This document shows positions 48,886 to 59,039 of a stretch of DNA of 64,000 bases, piece after piece. Below the pieces are notes generated by a model that made no database searches, was not told the origin of the DNA, and saw only the letters and a list, made by a program, of their open reading frames with translations. The position numbers and the translations under genes are program-made. The number at the start of each line of letters is the position of its first letter. The first letter of the stretch is position 1. The stretch comes from Alphaproteobacteria bacterium (GTDB taxonomy: Bacteria > Pseudomonadota > Alphaproteobacteria > Rs-D84 > JAERRO01): NCBI GenBank assembly GCA_016735395.1, contig JAERRO010000010.1, positions 138 to 64,137 of the forward strand, written 5' to 3'.

Positions 48886-50016
48886 ATGGAGTTTGTAATT
48901 CCTCGTCAAGAGTTTTTAAAAATACTAGGACATATGCAATCTATCGTAGACCGAAAAACTGCTTTTCCAATTTTATCTAATGTTAAAATAGAAGCCACCG
49001 ATAAATTGACTATGACGGCGGCAACGATCGACTTCGAACTGATAGAATCTTGTAAAGCAGACATAGTACAAAGCGGTAGTATCACTGTAAATGCTACTTT
49101 ACTACATGATATAGTCAAAAAAATGCCAGATGATTCAGAAATTACATTAAAATTAGTTAAAGAACATATCAAAATTTCTGCCTCAAATTGTAAATCAGAA
49201 TTTAATTTGCCTACTTTATCTGTAGAGTCTTTTCCTACTATGACTGGAGCAAAACTAGACTTCAACTTTTCGATACCGACAGAAGAACTTATCGTGATGA
49301 TAAACAAAACCAAATTTGCTATGGACTTCCAAGATATTCACTATGATTTAAACGGTATCTACCTGCATGTAGTTAAAGAGAACGGACAACATCTATTGAG
49401 AGCTGTCGCTACCGACAGTATGTGTCTTGCCTTAAAACAACAAGAAGTTAGCAGTGTCAATGAGTCTATGCCGGGGGTAATTATCCCTAGAAAAGTCGTG
49501 ATGGAATTAGTCAAACTACTAGAGGGAACTAAAGAAAAAGATATCAAGATAGAAGTTTCAGATGTAAAAATAAGACTTACTATCGGAGAAGCGATTATGA
49601 CTTCTAAACTTATAGACGGAACTTTCCCGAATTATCAAACTATTATACCGAAAAATAACGACAAAGAACTTATAGTAGACAAACTTGCAATATCTCAAGC
49701 AGTCGATAGAGTTTCTGTTATTACTATGGACAAAATAAGAACCGTCCTTATGAAAATTTCTACAGATAAAATTATAGTGTCCGCTTCGGATAGAGGTGTC
49801 ACTCAAGGGACAGAAGAAGTTAAAGCTAAATTTAGCAGTGAAGAAACTCTAGAAGTCTCTTTCAATGTTAGACAACTTATGGATATTTTATCAGAAATCT
49901 CGGGTGAAGATGTCAAATTCTCACTTCTAGGATCACTTAATGCGGTACTAGTTCAAGAAATAGAAGATAACTCTTCCCTATACATCACTATGCCAGTTCG
50001 TAGAGCAGATATATAA
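48886..50016 (+). CDS. dnaN: DNA polymerase III beta sliding clamp
   Basis: 376 aa. N-terminal 'MEFVIPRQEFLKIL...VKIEA' is typical of DnaN. Three-domain length. It lies downstream of dnaA. Confidence 0.85.
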   Translation: MEFVIPRQEFLKILGHMQSIVDRKTAFPILSNVKIEATDKLTMTAATIDFELIESCKADIVQSGSITVNATLLHDIVKKMPDDSEITLKLVKEHIKISASNCKSEFNLPTLSVESFPTMTGAKLDFNFSIPTEELIVMINKTKFAMDFQDIHYDLNGIYLHVVKENGQHLLRAVATDSMCLALKQQEVSSVNESMPGVIIPRKVVMELVKLLEGTKEKDIKIEVSDVKIRLTIGEAIMTSKLIDGTFPNYQTIIPKNNDKELIVDKLAISQAVDRVSVITMDKIRTVLMKISTDKIIVSASDRGVTQGTEEVKAKFSSEETLEVSFNVRQLMDILSEISGEDVKFSLLGSLNAVLVQEIEDNSSLYITMPVRRADI

Positions 50017-50048
50017 ATTTGACGGCGAACTTTTTGAAAGTCATCTAT

Positions 50049-50834
50049 TTAATCGTCGAAATAATCGCTAGAATATTCGTCAGTATCGATCTCTATCTCC
50101 ATATCAAAATTAGACGGGTATAATTCGTCATATACCTCTTGAAAAGTTCTCCCGCTATCTCTAGAACTTTCGAATATACTAGTAAATCTTTTTAACGACT
50201 CATATGGATCTATAGAACTGTTGATGATAAAATCTATCGTATAGATATGATCCACATACCATGTAAAAAAGTCCACAGTTAAAACTGCTAATATAATTTT
50301 ACTGCTGACATCCATAGATCTCAATGTGATGAAAACAGGGCCAAGTAATATGTCTCCGCTAAATGCTAATATACTTCGTAAACTCATACCATACAAAAAT
50401 GGGACAACAATATACTGACCGCTAGGAATCCCCCACTTTGCAGTAGTCTCGTTTAATGTTAATTTTGTGTGATCTATTCCAGTCCTTAACTCGAAAATGT
50501 CTATTATACCGAGTAGACCAAATACAGTATTAGTAGAAAATCGTCCGAAAGATATCACCGTCTGCTCAAAATTTAACTGTAATAATGCATTCGCCATAGT
50601 ATACGGCTCCCTCAAATTGTCCGACACATTCCGAATAGATCTGTGTATAGGTTTAGGGACGACCTTCAAGTAGCTAGTAGCAACAGGATTCGATATCTTC
50701 TTATGAAAAAAGATGTTAAACTCTGTAGTCTTTTCGTTCATCTTCCGCATAGGATCCGCTATCATATGAGACTCCGCTAGCATAGTAAAAGGGCAGATAA
50801 ATATGATTGAAAAGATTAAAAATTTGATCGACAT
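50049..50834 (-). CDS. mlaA: MlaA/VacJ-family outer-membrane lipoprotein
   Basis: 'DPMRKMNEKTTEFNIFFHKKISNPVATSYLKVVPKPIHRSIRNVSDNLREPYTMANALLQ' matches the MlaA core (DP.E..NR....FN...D..........P...R....N...NL.eP....N.lLQ). Confidence 0.65.
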   Translation of the reverse strand: MSIKFLIFSIIFICPFTMLAESHMIADPMRKMNEKTTEFNIFFHKKISNPVATSYLKVVPKPIHRSIRNVSDNLREPYTMANALLQLNFEQTVISFGRFSTNTVFGLLGIIDIFELRTGIDHTKLTLNETTAKWGIPSGQYIVVPFLYGMSLRSILAFSGDILLGPVFITLRSMDVSSKIILAVLTVDFFTWYVDHIYTIDFIINSSIDPYESLKRFTSIFESSRDSGRTFQEVYDELYPSNFDMEIEIDTDEYSSDYFDD

Positions 50835-51638
50835 TTGTCTTTACCTATGTTGTACTATATAATAATGTATAGGATAATCGCTATGAATTTTCAAGAACAA
50901 TACTATATAGATAAAGTAGACACAAATTTTAAAGATAAACTAGTAGCTCTAGCTACAGAAAAAAATCAAATTATTTTGTCCCATAATCTAATATACCCTA
51001 AATTGCAATTTAAGTTGTCTCTTTTTAATGATATCAAAAATAAGGCGATTATGATTACAGAAGATCTAGATGTTGAAAGTTTAGCTAAACTTATCTATAA
51101 ACTAGATACGAAAAATATAGATGTAATCTACATCAAGGTAAGGGGAGTGAAGAGGATTATAGAGTTTATAAATTTAATGATAGACGGAGAATATTACACA
51201 GCAAAAGTAATTCCTGTCTGGTATAAAACTGAAGATTTTTCTCAAAAAGACGGCTTTTTCTTGAGAGATTTGATTCTGAAAAGTTCTATCAACGATTGGG
51301 GGATAATAGCGGAACCTACGGAAAAAACATTTGAAGACTGTTTTTCTAGTGCCTTTTGGTCTTTTGAAAATAGAAAGAACTTTTACCTATTCTTGAGTAA
51401 TAATAATCAAAATAAATCGACTATAAAAAATCCTAGTCTAGGTATCTTTGACGATAAAAATTATGCACCCTCTAAAACTGCTAGAAATAATATAAACGAT
51501 AATTTAATTTTGCCGATAAATATTTTACTGAAAAAATTAGAAGTAGCTTTAGACTATAAAATTACAGATTTGAAAAATAGAGCAATTATAAAAGATAATA
51601 GACAACTAAAAATTATCTATACAAAGATTGTTTTATAG
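50835..51638 (+). CDS. Hypothetical 267-aa protein
   Basis: ORF only. An alternative start lies at Met-17 ('MNFQEQ', 50883). No motif recognised. Confidence 0.3.
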   Translation: MSLPMLYYIIMYRIIAMNFQEQYYIDKVDTNFKDKLVALATEKNQIILSHNLIYPKLQFKLSLFNDIKNKAIMITEDLDVESLAKLIYKLDTKNIDVIYIKVRGVKRIIEFINLMIDGEYYTAKVIPVWYKTEDFSQKDGFFLRDLILKSSINDWGIIAEPTEKTFEDCFSSAFWSFENRKNFYLFLSNNNQNKSTIKNPSLGIFDDKNYAPSKTARNNINDNLILPINILLKKLEVALDYKITDLKNRAIIKDNRQLKIIYTKIVL

Positions 51639-51648
51639 ATACATAGAC

Positions 51649-52578
51649 CTACAAAGTTTGTAAAAATTCATCGCACTCTATAGCAGACTGTGCTCCTAAA
51701 CCGCAGGCGATAATGACTTGAGCATATGTTTTGGATCTGATATCTCCCGCACAAAAAATACCGTTTTTATCAGTCTGTGTAGAGCCTATAACGGTTTTTA
51801 TAAATCCGTCTTCATCACAATCTATAAATTTTTTGACATTTTCCGTATTTGGAATATGACCTATTGCGACAAAAATGCCGTCGACTTGTAGATCTTCTAT
51901 AGAATTATTTCTGTTATCTTTAATAGACAACCCTACGATTCCGTTTTCATCTTTTAAAAAATTATGAGGAGAAGTCTCGAATAAAACTTTTATATTTTTA
52001 GTATTATCTACCTTGTCGATTAAAATTTGTTCTACATTTTTTGCCCAGTGAGATTTTCTAATTACTATATAAACTTGACTACATTGTCTAGACAAATATA
52101 GGGCATCGCTAATAGCACTATTACCTCCGCCGATGACTGCAACAGGTTTTTTTTGATAGAAAAAACCATCACATACAGAACAATAACTGATACCTCTGCC
52201 TGTTAAATTTTCTTCATCTGCAAGCCCTAATTTTCTCGGTAATACACCCATCGCTAAAATGACAGAATCACATTTTAAAAAACTATCGTCGGCTAAAAAT
52301 ACCTTAAAAACACCGTCTAATTGCTCTATTTTGGTCATTGAGTCTGTTATAAATTTTGTCCCTAGATCTTCGCTTTGCTTTCTCATAATTTTCGCTAACT
52401 CTACACCACTAGAAACATTTTCAACACCTGGATAATTACCTAGATCTGTTATACTAGACAACTGTCCACCAAAATTATTTCCAGTTAATAATGAGACTGT
52501 GTGCCCACCGCGGATTGAATATAGAGCACTAGATAATCCGGCTGGACCAGATCCTATTATTACGATGTGTTTTTTCAT
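51649..52578 (-). CDS. trxB: Thioredoxin reductase
   Basis: FAD 'IIGSGPAG', redox-active 'CSVCDG', NADPH 'GGGNSA'. 309 aa. Confidence 0.85.
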   Translation of the reverse strand: MKKHIVIIGSGPAGLSSALYSIRGGHTVSLLTGNNFGGQLSSITDLGNYPGVENVSSGVELAKIMRKQSEDLGTKFITDSMTKIEQLDGVFKVFLADDSFLKCDSVILAMGVLPRKLGLADEENLTGRGISYCSVCDGFFYQKKPVAVIGGGNSAISDALYLSRQCSQVYIVIRKSHWAKNVEQILIDKVDNTKNIKVLFETSPHNFLKDENGIVGLSIKDNRNNSIEDLQVDGIFVAIGHIPNTENVKKFIDCDEDGFIKTVIGSTQTDKNGIFCAGDIRSKTYAQVIIACGLGAQSAIECDEFLQTL

Positions 52579-52651
52579 AAGAGACCTTTACTATTGATTT
52601 TAGTCATATTGGAAGTATACTTTTACAAGGAAAAAATACAAGTGAGTAAAA

Positions 52652-53314
52652 ATGATTTTAAAAATGAAATATATAATTTTCTTATTCTTATATACAATAT
52701 TTTATAACGATTTAGTAGGAGCGACATCTACGGCTATAATCGAAGGGAACGGCTCTATGTCGTGGTTGTTAATAGTAGTCGTTGTTTTTATTATAATTTC
52801 TTTGATTTTTGTAGGATTTTTATATGAAAGACTGACTAACATTTTTAGAAATGTTGAAGCAAACAATAAAGAACAAATTAGAGTGATAGACAACTTATAT
52901 AGATCTTTAAACAGTTTTAGAGACTCGCAGAAAAAGAATATTTTTTTCTACAAATTGCCTTTTTATCTAGACGAATTAAAAGCCATATTATTATCTATTA
53001 TCAGAGAAACACATCCTGGTATAAATTACGGGTTAAACGAAAATTCTACTTTTTTTGATGTCGCAAGATTTGTAAACAAAACAGTTTTAGAGAACCCTAT
53101 GTGGAAGAGCGGTGTACTATTGAAAATTAAAACCTCTAAAGAGTTGTTGCCGAATATAAAAAGATTTTTAATAGTAAGCGACAAAATTGTTAGCGAAATT
53201 AAAGCAGACGACGAACAACAAGCAGACTTTTTAGAAGATGGACCACTAGGTAATTTGTCTAAAATTTTTATGAATATTTATATGACTGCAAATAATTCTT
53301 TCGCCAAAAAATAG
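52652..53314 (+). CDS. Hypothetical membrane-anchored protein upstream of sufB
   Basis: One or two N-terminal TM helices then a soluble domain with no recognised motif. 220 aa. Confidence 0.3.
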   Translation: MILKMKYIIFLFLYTIFYNDLVGATSTAIIEGNGSMSWLLIVVVVFIIISLIFVGFLYERLTNIFRNVEANNKEQIRVIDNLYRSLNSFRDSQKKNIFFYKLPFYLDELKAILLSIIRETHPGINYGLNENSTFFDVARFVNKTVLENPMWKSGVLLKIKTSKELLPNIKRFLIVSDKIVSEIKADDEQQADFLEDGPLGNLSKIFMNIYMTANNSFAKK

Positions 53315-53317
53315 ACT

Positions 53318-54784
53318 ATGAAAAATAATAAAAATATTATAGAAAAAATCAGTTCTATCCATAACGAAAAAGTAGATGCCGTAGACGATATTGATACTAT
53401 TTCTCTTCCCGTAGGACTCTCCGTCGAGGTGATAAAAGAGATCTCAAGATTAAAAGATGAACCTGAATGGATGCTAAAAAGACGGCTTTTTGCCTATAAA
53501 AATTGGTTGACGATGAAAAATCCTACCTGGAGTAGTATGGAAAAACTTAACATAGATTTTAATAAAATCTCTTATTTTGCAAAGCCAGAATCAGAGAGTA
53601 GAGGAGGAGAAATCAGCCCTGAATTAAAACAAATTTATGATAGATTAGGGGTGCCTCTTGACGAGCAGGAAAAACTCGCAGGCATCGCGACAATAGATAA
53701 AAATAAAGTAGCCGTCGACATCGTCCTAGATAGTGTGTCTGTTGGAACTACATACCAAAAAGAACTTAAAGAATTAGGTATAATTTTTTGCCCGTTTTCT
53801 CAAGCTATTAAAGAATATCCAGAATTAGTCAAAAAATATATGGGAACAGTTATCTCAGATTCAGACAACTTTTTTTCTTGTTTAAATACCGCAGTTTTCT
53901 CTGACGGAACTTTCGTATATATTCCTAAAGGTGTAAAATGTCCTATAGATCTTGCATCGTATTTTAGAATCAATACTCAAGAAATAGGGCAATTTGAGAG
54001 GACACTAATTATTGCCGAAGACAATTCGACTTTGTCATATTTAGAAGGATGTTCTGCTCCTAGAAGGGTCAATCACCAACTACACGGAGGAGTTGTAGAA
54101 ATCGTTTTGCATAACGGTGCCAATGTAAAATATTCAACAGTACAAAACTGGTATAAAGGTTCTAAAACGGGGAAGGGCGGAATTTTAAACTATGTATCGA
54201 AAAGGGCAATTTGTCTAGAAAATAGTAAAATGCAATGGCTCCAAATGGAAGTAGGATCCGCTAAAACTTGGAAATATCCGTCGTGCATTTTAAAAGGCGA
54301 CAATTCATACGGAGAATTTTTGTCGACTGCCGTTTCTGTAGGTATGCAAGAAGCAGACACGGGGACGAAGATGATACACATCGGAAAAAATACTACATCA
54401 AAAATTATATCGAAAGGTATCGCAACAGATAACTCTAATCAAACTTTTCGGAGTCTCGTTAAGTGTGGAACGGATGCCGATAATATGAGAAACTTTACAA
54501 AATGTGATTCTCTAATTCTAGATTCTGCGAAGTCTATAACTGTTCCGACGATCGACATATGTAAAGATGATGCTATAGTCGAACATGAAGCTACCACCGG
54601 AAAAATTTCCGACGAACAACTTTTTTATCTCAAATTAAAAGGGGTCGAGGAAGACACAGCCGTCAGTTTAATAGTCTCTGGATTCTTCGACGATATCATA
54701 AAAAGATTACCTAATGAGTTTGCTCTAGAAGCCAAACAGTTAATCCATATTTGTCTAGATAAAACTTTACAATTTAATGCTTAA
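53318..54784 (+). CDS. sufB: Fe-S cluster assembly protein SufB
   Basis: 488 aa. Typical SufB/SufD beta-helix core. It is directly followed by sufC. Confidence 0.85.
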   Translation: MKNNKNIIEKISSIHNEKVDAVDDIDTISLPVGLSVEVIKEISRLKDEPEWMLKRRLFAYKNWLTMKNPTWSSMEKLNIDFNKISYFAKPESESRGGEISPELKQIYDRLGVPLDEQEKLAGIATIDKNKVAVDIVLDSVSVGTTYQKELKELGIIFCPFSQAIKEYPELVKKYMGTVISDSDNFFSCLNTAVFSDGTFVYIPKGVKCPIDLASYFRINTQEIGQFERTLIIAEDNSTLSYLEGCSAPRRVNHQLHGGVVEIVLHNGANVKYSTVQNWYKGSKTGKGGILNYVSKRAICLENSKMQWLQMEVGSAKTWKYPSCILKGDNSYGEFLSTAVSVGMQEADTGTKMIHIGKNTTSKIISKGIATDNSNQTFRSLVKCGTDADNMRNFTKCDSLILDSAKSITVPTIDICKDDAIVEHEATTGKISDEQLFYLKLKGVEEDTAVSLIVSGFFDDIIKRLPNEFALEAKQLIHICLDKTLQFNA

Positions 54785-54793
54785 AGGAAAAAT

Positions 54794-55537
54794 ATGAATA
54801 CTATTTTAAATATGCAAAAAGTCAAAATATGTCTAAAAACACCGAAAAAAGTTGATAATAATATAATTCTAGAGGACATATCTATACAATTAGATGTCGG
54901 TAAAAACTATGTACTCGCGGGTCAAAATGGGAGCGGTAAAAGTTCTATGTTTTTAGCCATAATGGACCACTATAAATATGAAATCGCTGACGGACAAATC
55001 GACTTTAATAATCAAAATTTACTAAAATTAGATACCTCCGATAGAGCACGATTAGGTATCTATTTATCTCTGCAACAATCTGTGGAAATCGAAGGGCTAT
55101 CTATTATGCAATTTTTAAAATATGCAATGACGAATTTTATGGAGAGAACAAAACTCTCTGCTATGGAATTTTTTAAAGAAGTCGCAGAAGGATTTCAATT
55201 TTTAAATATTCCCGACGAATGGAGAACTAGATCTATCAATGTGGGATTTTCCGGTGGAGAAAAAAAACGACTAGAACTTTTACAACTTTTTTTACTTCGT
55301 CCTAAATTAGTTTTACTAGACGAAATCGATTCTGGAGTCGATGCAAATTTAATGCTAGATATTGTGAAAATAATTGAACTACTTAATAAAGAAAATAATA
55401 CTGCTTTTTTTATTATATCACACCAAAAAAATCTGCTAGACAAACTTAATATAGAAAAAGTTTTTTTGCTTGAAAATCAAACTGTAAAAAGATCTGGAGA
55501 CAAAACTCTGCTAGAAGAAATTTATAATAGAAAATAA
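54794..55537 (+). CDS. sufC: Fe-S cluster assembly ATPase SufC
   Basis: ABC ATPase. Walker A 'GQNGSGKS', signature 'GFSGGEKKR', Walker B 'LLDEIDSG'. 247 aa. Confidence 0.85.
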   Translation: MNTILNMQKVKICLKTPKKVDNNIILEDISIQLDVGKNYVLAGQNGSGKSSMFLAIMDHYKYEIADGQIDFNNQNLLKLDTSDRARLGIYLSLQQSVEIEGLSIMQFLKYAMTNFMERTKLSAMEFFKEVAEGFQFLNIPDEWRTRSINVGFSGGEKKRLELLQLFLLRPKLVLLDEIDSGVDANLMLDIVKIIELLNKENNTAFFIISHQKNLLDKLNIEKVFLLENQTVKRSGDKTLLEEIYNRK

Positions 55538-55607
55538 GAAATTTTATTTGTAAAATATTGCATACTATATTATAATACATAACAACAATTATTCTAGGAG
55601 TATCATT

Positions 55608-56495
55608 ATGCCAGCAAAAAAATCTAATAATCTAAAAAAATCTGTAAAGAACACTGCAAAAAAAACCGTAGTGAAGAAAACTCCCGTTAAGAAGGTTGCT
55701 ATCAATAAGGTTGTGAAAAAGGCTCCTGTTAAAAAAGTTGCCGTAAAGAAACCTGTAGCGAAAAAACCTGTAAGTAAAGTTAAAACTTCTGCGAAGAAAA
55801 AAATTGCTGTAAAATCTCCTGCGAAAATCGTGAAAGTAGCATCTGTAGACAATAGTAGATCTAGACTGTTCCAAAAGTTAAAACAACCGATAGGACAAGC
55901 AAACTATATACAACAATTATTTATTATATTTATCTCTGTCATTTTATTATCTCTGACTTCCTTAATATATTCGACGACTCCCGTAGGTGTAGAGAACGAT
56001 ACCAATTCTCTCAATATCGTTTTGTTTTCTGTAATATTATTGCTCTTCATCGTTTTAGCCATATATACAATTAGGTTGATGATTTCTAGACTGAAAACTA
56101 TGAATTTATCTAGGTGGTATATATTGACTATTTTTAGTCCGTTATCAACTTTTCTAGGATACTCGCTTTGGCTCCATAAAGACGAAAAACAGGTGCCGTC
56201 GACAAGAGAAAATAAACTCGGAAAATTTATAGCCAAATATAGACTTCAAGTTTTCTGCTTGTTCTTCGCATTCGGAATTTTTTCTGTAATAGAGCAACTA
56301 GTCATCTCCGTCAATATACAATCTTTCATAGAATTTATAGCTATGCTTTTTGGAATACTAGGGTTAATACTGATTTTATACTCTTGGAAATTTAAAGATA
56401 ATATCGTCGTAATTAGAAAATTTTTAAAAGTAGGTTTGTACTTCGTACCTCTCTACTTTTTGATCCTTTCTATGTTATTTATAACCTTGAACTAA
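55608..56495 (+). CDS. Protein with a histone-H1-like Lys-rich repeat N-terminus (KK-x-V/PVKK repeats) fused to a 4-5 TM C-terminal domain
   Basis: 'AKKTVVKKTPVKKVAINKVVKKAPVKKVAVKKPVAKKPVSKVKTSAKKKIAVKSPAKIVK' followed by hydrophobic helices. A good SD 'ctaggag' lies upstream. Confidence 0.5.
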   Translation: MPAKKSNNLKKSVKNTAKKTVVKKTPVKKVAINKVVKKAPVKKVAVKKPVAKKPVSKVKTSAKKKIAVKSPAKIVKVASVDNSRSRLFQKLKQPIGQANYIQQLFIIFISVILLSLTSLIYSTTPVGVENDTNSLNIVLFSVILLLFIVLAIYTIRLMISRLKTMNLSRWYILTIFSPLSTFLGYSLWLHKDEKQVPSTRENKLGKFIAKYRLQVFCLFFAFGIFSVIEQLVISVNIQSFIEFIAMLFGILGLILILYSWKFKDNIVVIRKFLKVGLYFVPLYFLILSMLFITLN

Positions 56496-56504
56496 AATAT
56501 TATA

Positions 56505-57251
56505 ATGAAAAAACTTAAATATCTATTAGACTTCATTAAAGAGCAAATTTCTTTAAAACAGTGGCTATTGCCTCTAGGTAGAGATGCATATATAGGGCTT
56601 TCCAGTTTATGGCTAATAATATATATAGTTTTTCTAACTCGACTCAATTCTGTATCCGTGATAACAGACTTGTCTTTTAAAGACAGTATCAATTTATATG
56701 CTACGGCCATCGTTGCAATATTGCTTTTTACCTCTTTAATAATTCTACAGATAAGACGATTTCGCGATGTGAAAATTCACCCTAAATGGATAGTACTAGC
56801 ACTCCCGTTTTTGATTTTTCCTATAATTATTTTAGGGCTTTTCGTAAAGGGAGATAAACCTCTGATGCAAAGTAAACGAGATAAAATAAATTCTATCTAC
56901 ACAAAATCTGCACCTTGGTTATTGAGAATATTGTTCGCCGTAATGTTAACCATAGCAGGACTATGGGCCTTTGCATCTATCAAAGATGGCGGTATACATC
57001 TATTTCTTTCATTATTTCCTCTAGTCATAACTCTCCTAGCATGGTTGATAAAAAATAGAAAAATATTAGTATGGAGTGTCATTTTAATCTGTAGCCTGTG
57101 CAATATAGTTCTGGTAATCAACATCGTTGCTAACTATATATTTTACCGAGATCAAACAATAAATATCGAGAATCAACAGAACTATAACGAAACCGTAGAA
57201 CAGATAATTTTTAAGAAAAATAATAAGCTTGAAGAAACTGTCGGTAAATAA
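56505..57251 (+). CDS. Hypothetical integral membrane protein
   Basis: At least six predicted TM helices. No motif recognised. Confidence 0.35.
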   Translation: MKKLKYLLDFIKEQISLKQWLLPLGRDAYIGLSSLWLIIYIVFLTRLNSVSVITDLSFKDSINLYATAIVAILLFTSLIILQIRRFRDVKIHPKWIVLALPFLIFPIIILGLFVKGDKPLMQSKRDKINSIYTKSAPWLLRILFAVMLTIAGLWAFASIKDGGIHLFLSLFPLVITLLAWLIKNRKILVWSVILICSLCNIVLVINIVANYIFYRDQTINIENQQNYNETVEQIIFKKNNKLEETVGK

Positions 57252-57264
57252 TTAAGGAATTTTT

Positions 57265-58341
57265 ATGCTTGGATATTTTTTGATTTCCTTTTGTCTAATT
57301 TTACTACTGATGATAGTAGGGGCTCAACTGATTTTGCCATTTTTAAAGGCAGTTTTTATCTGGTATGTAATAGAATCTCTAAGCTCTTATATACAGACCG
57401 TCGGCAAATTTTATAATAAAAGATACTCGCGGATCGTCGGGACATTTTTGGCAATATTACTCGTAATCGTCGGAGTCTACATAGTAATTCGTGTCGGCTT
57501 CGTAAATAATATAGAACTGTTTATGCAAAATTCGGATCATTATAATCAGTTATTTATAGATCGGATCGAAAACTTTTTTATGCAGTTAAATTTAGATCCG
57601 TCTATAATTCATGAGTATTTAAATTCGCATATGAATCCTATTTCAGCATTTTCAAAATACCTTTTCTCGTTTGCTACCTCTTCTATAGCAGAAATGTTTC
57701 TAATATTATTTATGGTTACATTCTTGACCCTAGAAAGTCGTGTCATAGGGACGAAAATTAAAGCCATCAAAGGACACTATAAAAAGACGAACATCAGCAA
57801 TATACTGACAAAAATTAGTGCCAGTATGAAAGTCTATTTAATCGGAAAAACTTATATTAGTCTGACGGTAGCTTTAGTCTCCTATATCATAATGTTGTTT
57901 TTTGGTCTGCAATTTGCATCTATGTTCGCGATTATATTATTCGTCTTCAACTATATCCCGTTCATAGGATCTATAATAGCCGTGGTCTTACCGTTATTGT
58001 GGTCTGTAATTCAATTCGAAAACTGGCATCTCTGGTTAGCTTTAGGAACATCTTTAGGGGTAGTACAAATCCTTATAGGAAATATCCTAGATCCAAAAAT
58101 TTTAGGAAGAACTCTTAACTTGAGCCCGCTAGCTATATTACTAGGTCTTAGTTTTTTTGGAGCGGTTTGGGGAATTTGGGGAATGTTTTTTAGTGTGCCT
58201 ATATTGATGTTGACAACTTATATTTTTGCGGAGACAAAATCTATGCGGTGGATAGCAATTTTATTGTCTGAAAAAGGTGAAATTTTGACCGTCAATAAAT
58301 CTATCGAAGATATAAAAGATATCCATAATAATAAAAACTAA
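57265..58341 (+). CDS. AI-2E family transporter (PerM/YhhT-like, UPF0118)
   Basis: 8-TM layout with a large central loop and the conserved C-terminal 'LSPLAILLGLSFFGAVWGIWGMFFSVPI' region typical of AI-2E transporters. Confidence 0.6.
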   Translation: MLGYFLISFCLILLLMIVGAQLILPFLKAVFIWYVIESLSSYIQTVGKFYNKRYSRIVGTFLAILLVIVGVYIVIRVGFVNNIELFMQNSDHYNQLFIDRIENFFMQLNLDPSIIHEYLNSHMNPISAFSKYLFSFATSSIAEMFLILFMVTFLTLESRVIGTKIKAIKGHYKKTNISNILTKISASMKVYLIGKTYISLTVALVSYIIMLFFGLQFASMFAIILFVFNYIPFIGSIIAVVLPLLWSVIQFENWHLWLALGTSLGVVQILIGNILDPKILGRTLNLSPLAILLGLSFFGAVWGIWGMFFSVPILMLTTYIFAETKSMRWIAILLSEKGEILTVNKSIEDIKDIHNNKN

Positions 58342-58919
58342 TTATTTTTGATGTCTCTTCGGACTAATTTTAACAGCTTTATACTATATTGACTTCCACT
58401 AACTATAGACAAAATCGTGGCGACGATAACTACGAAAAATGTCAGTAGGACTAGGTAATCCCAAATATTAATCAACGGGAATAATGTTAACTCTAATCTA
58501 TGATTTAGAAAAGCTATCATACCGATTGCAATACTTTGAACTGCAAATTTTGATTTTCCTATTATATTTACAGGTATCACATAATTTTTAGAACTGCCGT
58601 AATCTCGTAGACCCATCACCCATAAATCTCTTATTACTAATATTATAAACGGTATCCAAATTATAATCGGTAGATCTATGAAAATTAACAATAACATCAT
58701 AACAGGAGTTAAGAAAATCTTATCGGCGAGTTGATCTAAAACTGCCCCTAGACGAGTCACTTTGTTAAATTTTCTTGCTACCCATCCGTCTATAAAGTCG
58801 CTGAAGGCGGCTATAGAAAATACGATCGTGAACCATACCCAATTATAATGATAAGCTAAATATACCAATAATGGTAAACTGAAAATTCTACATAATGTTA
58901 TCATAGTCGGGATATTCAT
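58338..58919 (-). CDS. pgsA: CDP-diacylglycerol--glycerol-3-phosphate 3-phosphatidyltransferase
   Basis: CDP-alcohol phosphatidyltransferase motif 'DFIDGWVARKFNKVTRLGAVLDQLADK' (D-G-x2-A-R-x8-G-x3-D-x3-D). 193 aa. Confidence 0.75.
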   Translation of the reverse strand: MNIPTMITLCRIFSLPLLVYLAYHYNWVWFTIVFSIAAFSDFIDGWVARKFNKVTRLGAVLDQLADKIFLTPVMMLLLIFIDLPIIIWIPFIILVIRDLWVMGLRDYGSSKNYVIPVNIIGKSKFAVQSIAIGMIAFLNHRLELTLFPLINIWDYLVLLTFFVVIVATILSIVSGSQYSIKLLKLVRRDIKNN

Positions 58920-59039
58920 TTAGGTTCCTTTTATTTATAAATTATTCTATAAAATTATATCTTTTTTTGCAATATAAAAAATAGTTGCTTTTTCTATCGT
59001 TTTATAGAATACTATATATATAAATTAAAAGGAATTTTT

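Noticed and set aside
55589-55874. Two minus-strand ORFs (87 and 80 aa) over the Lys-rich repeat region
   Set aside because: Reverse translation of AAA/AAG-rich repeats gives Phe-rich artefacts. The plus-strand Lys-rich protein has an SD and continues into a membrane domain.
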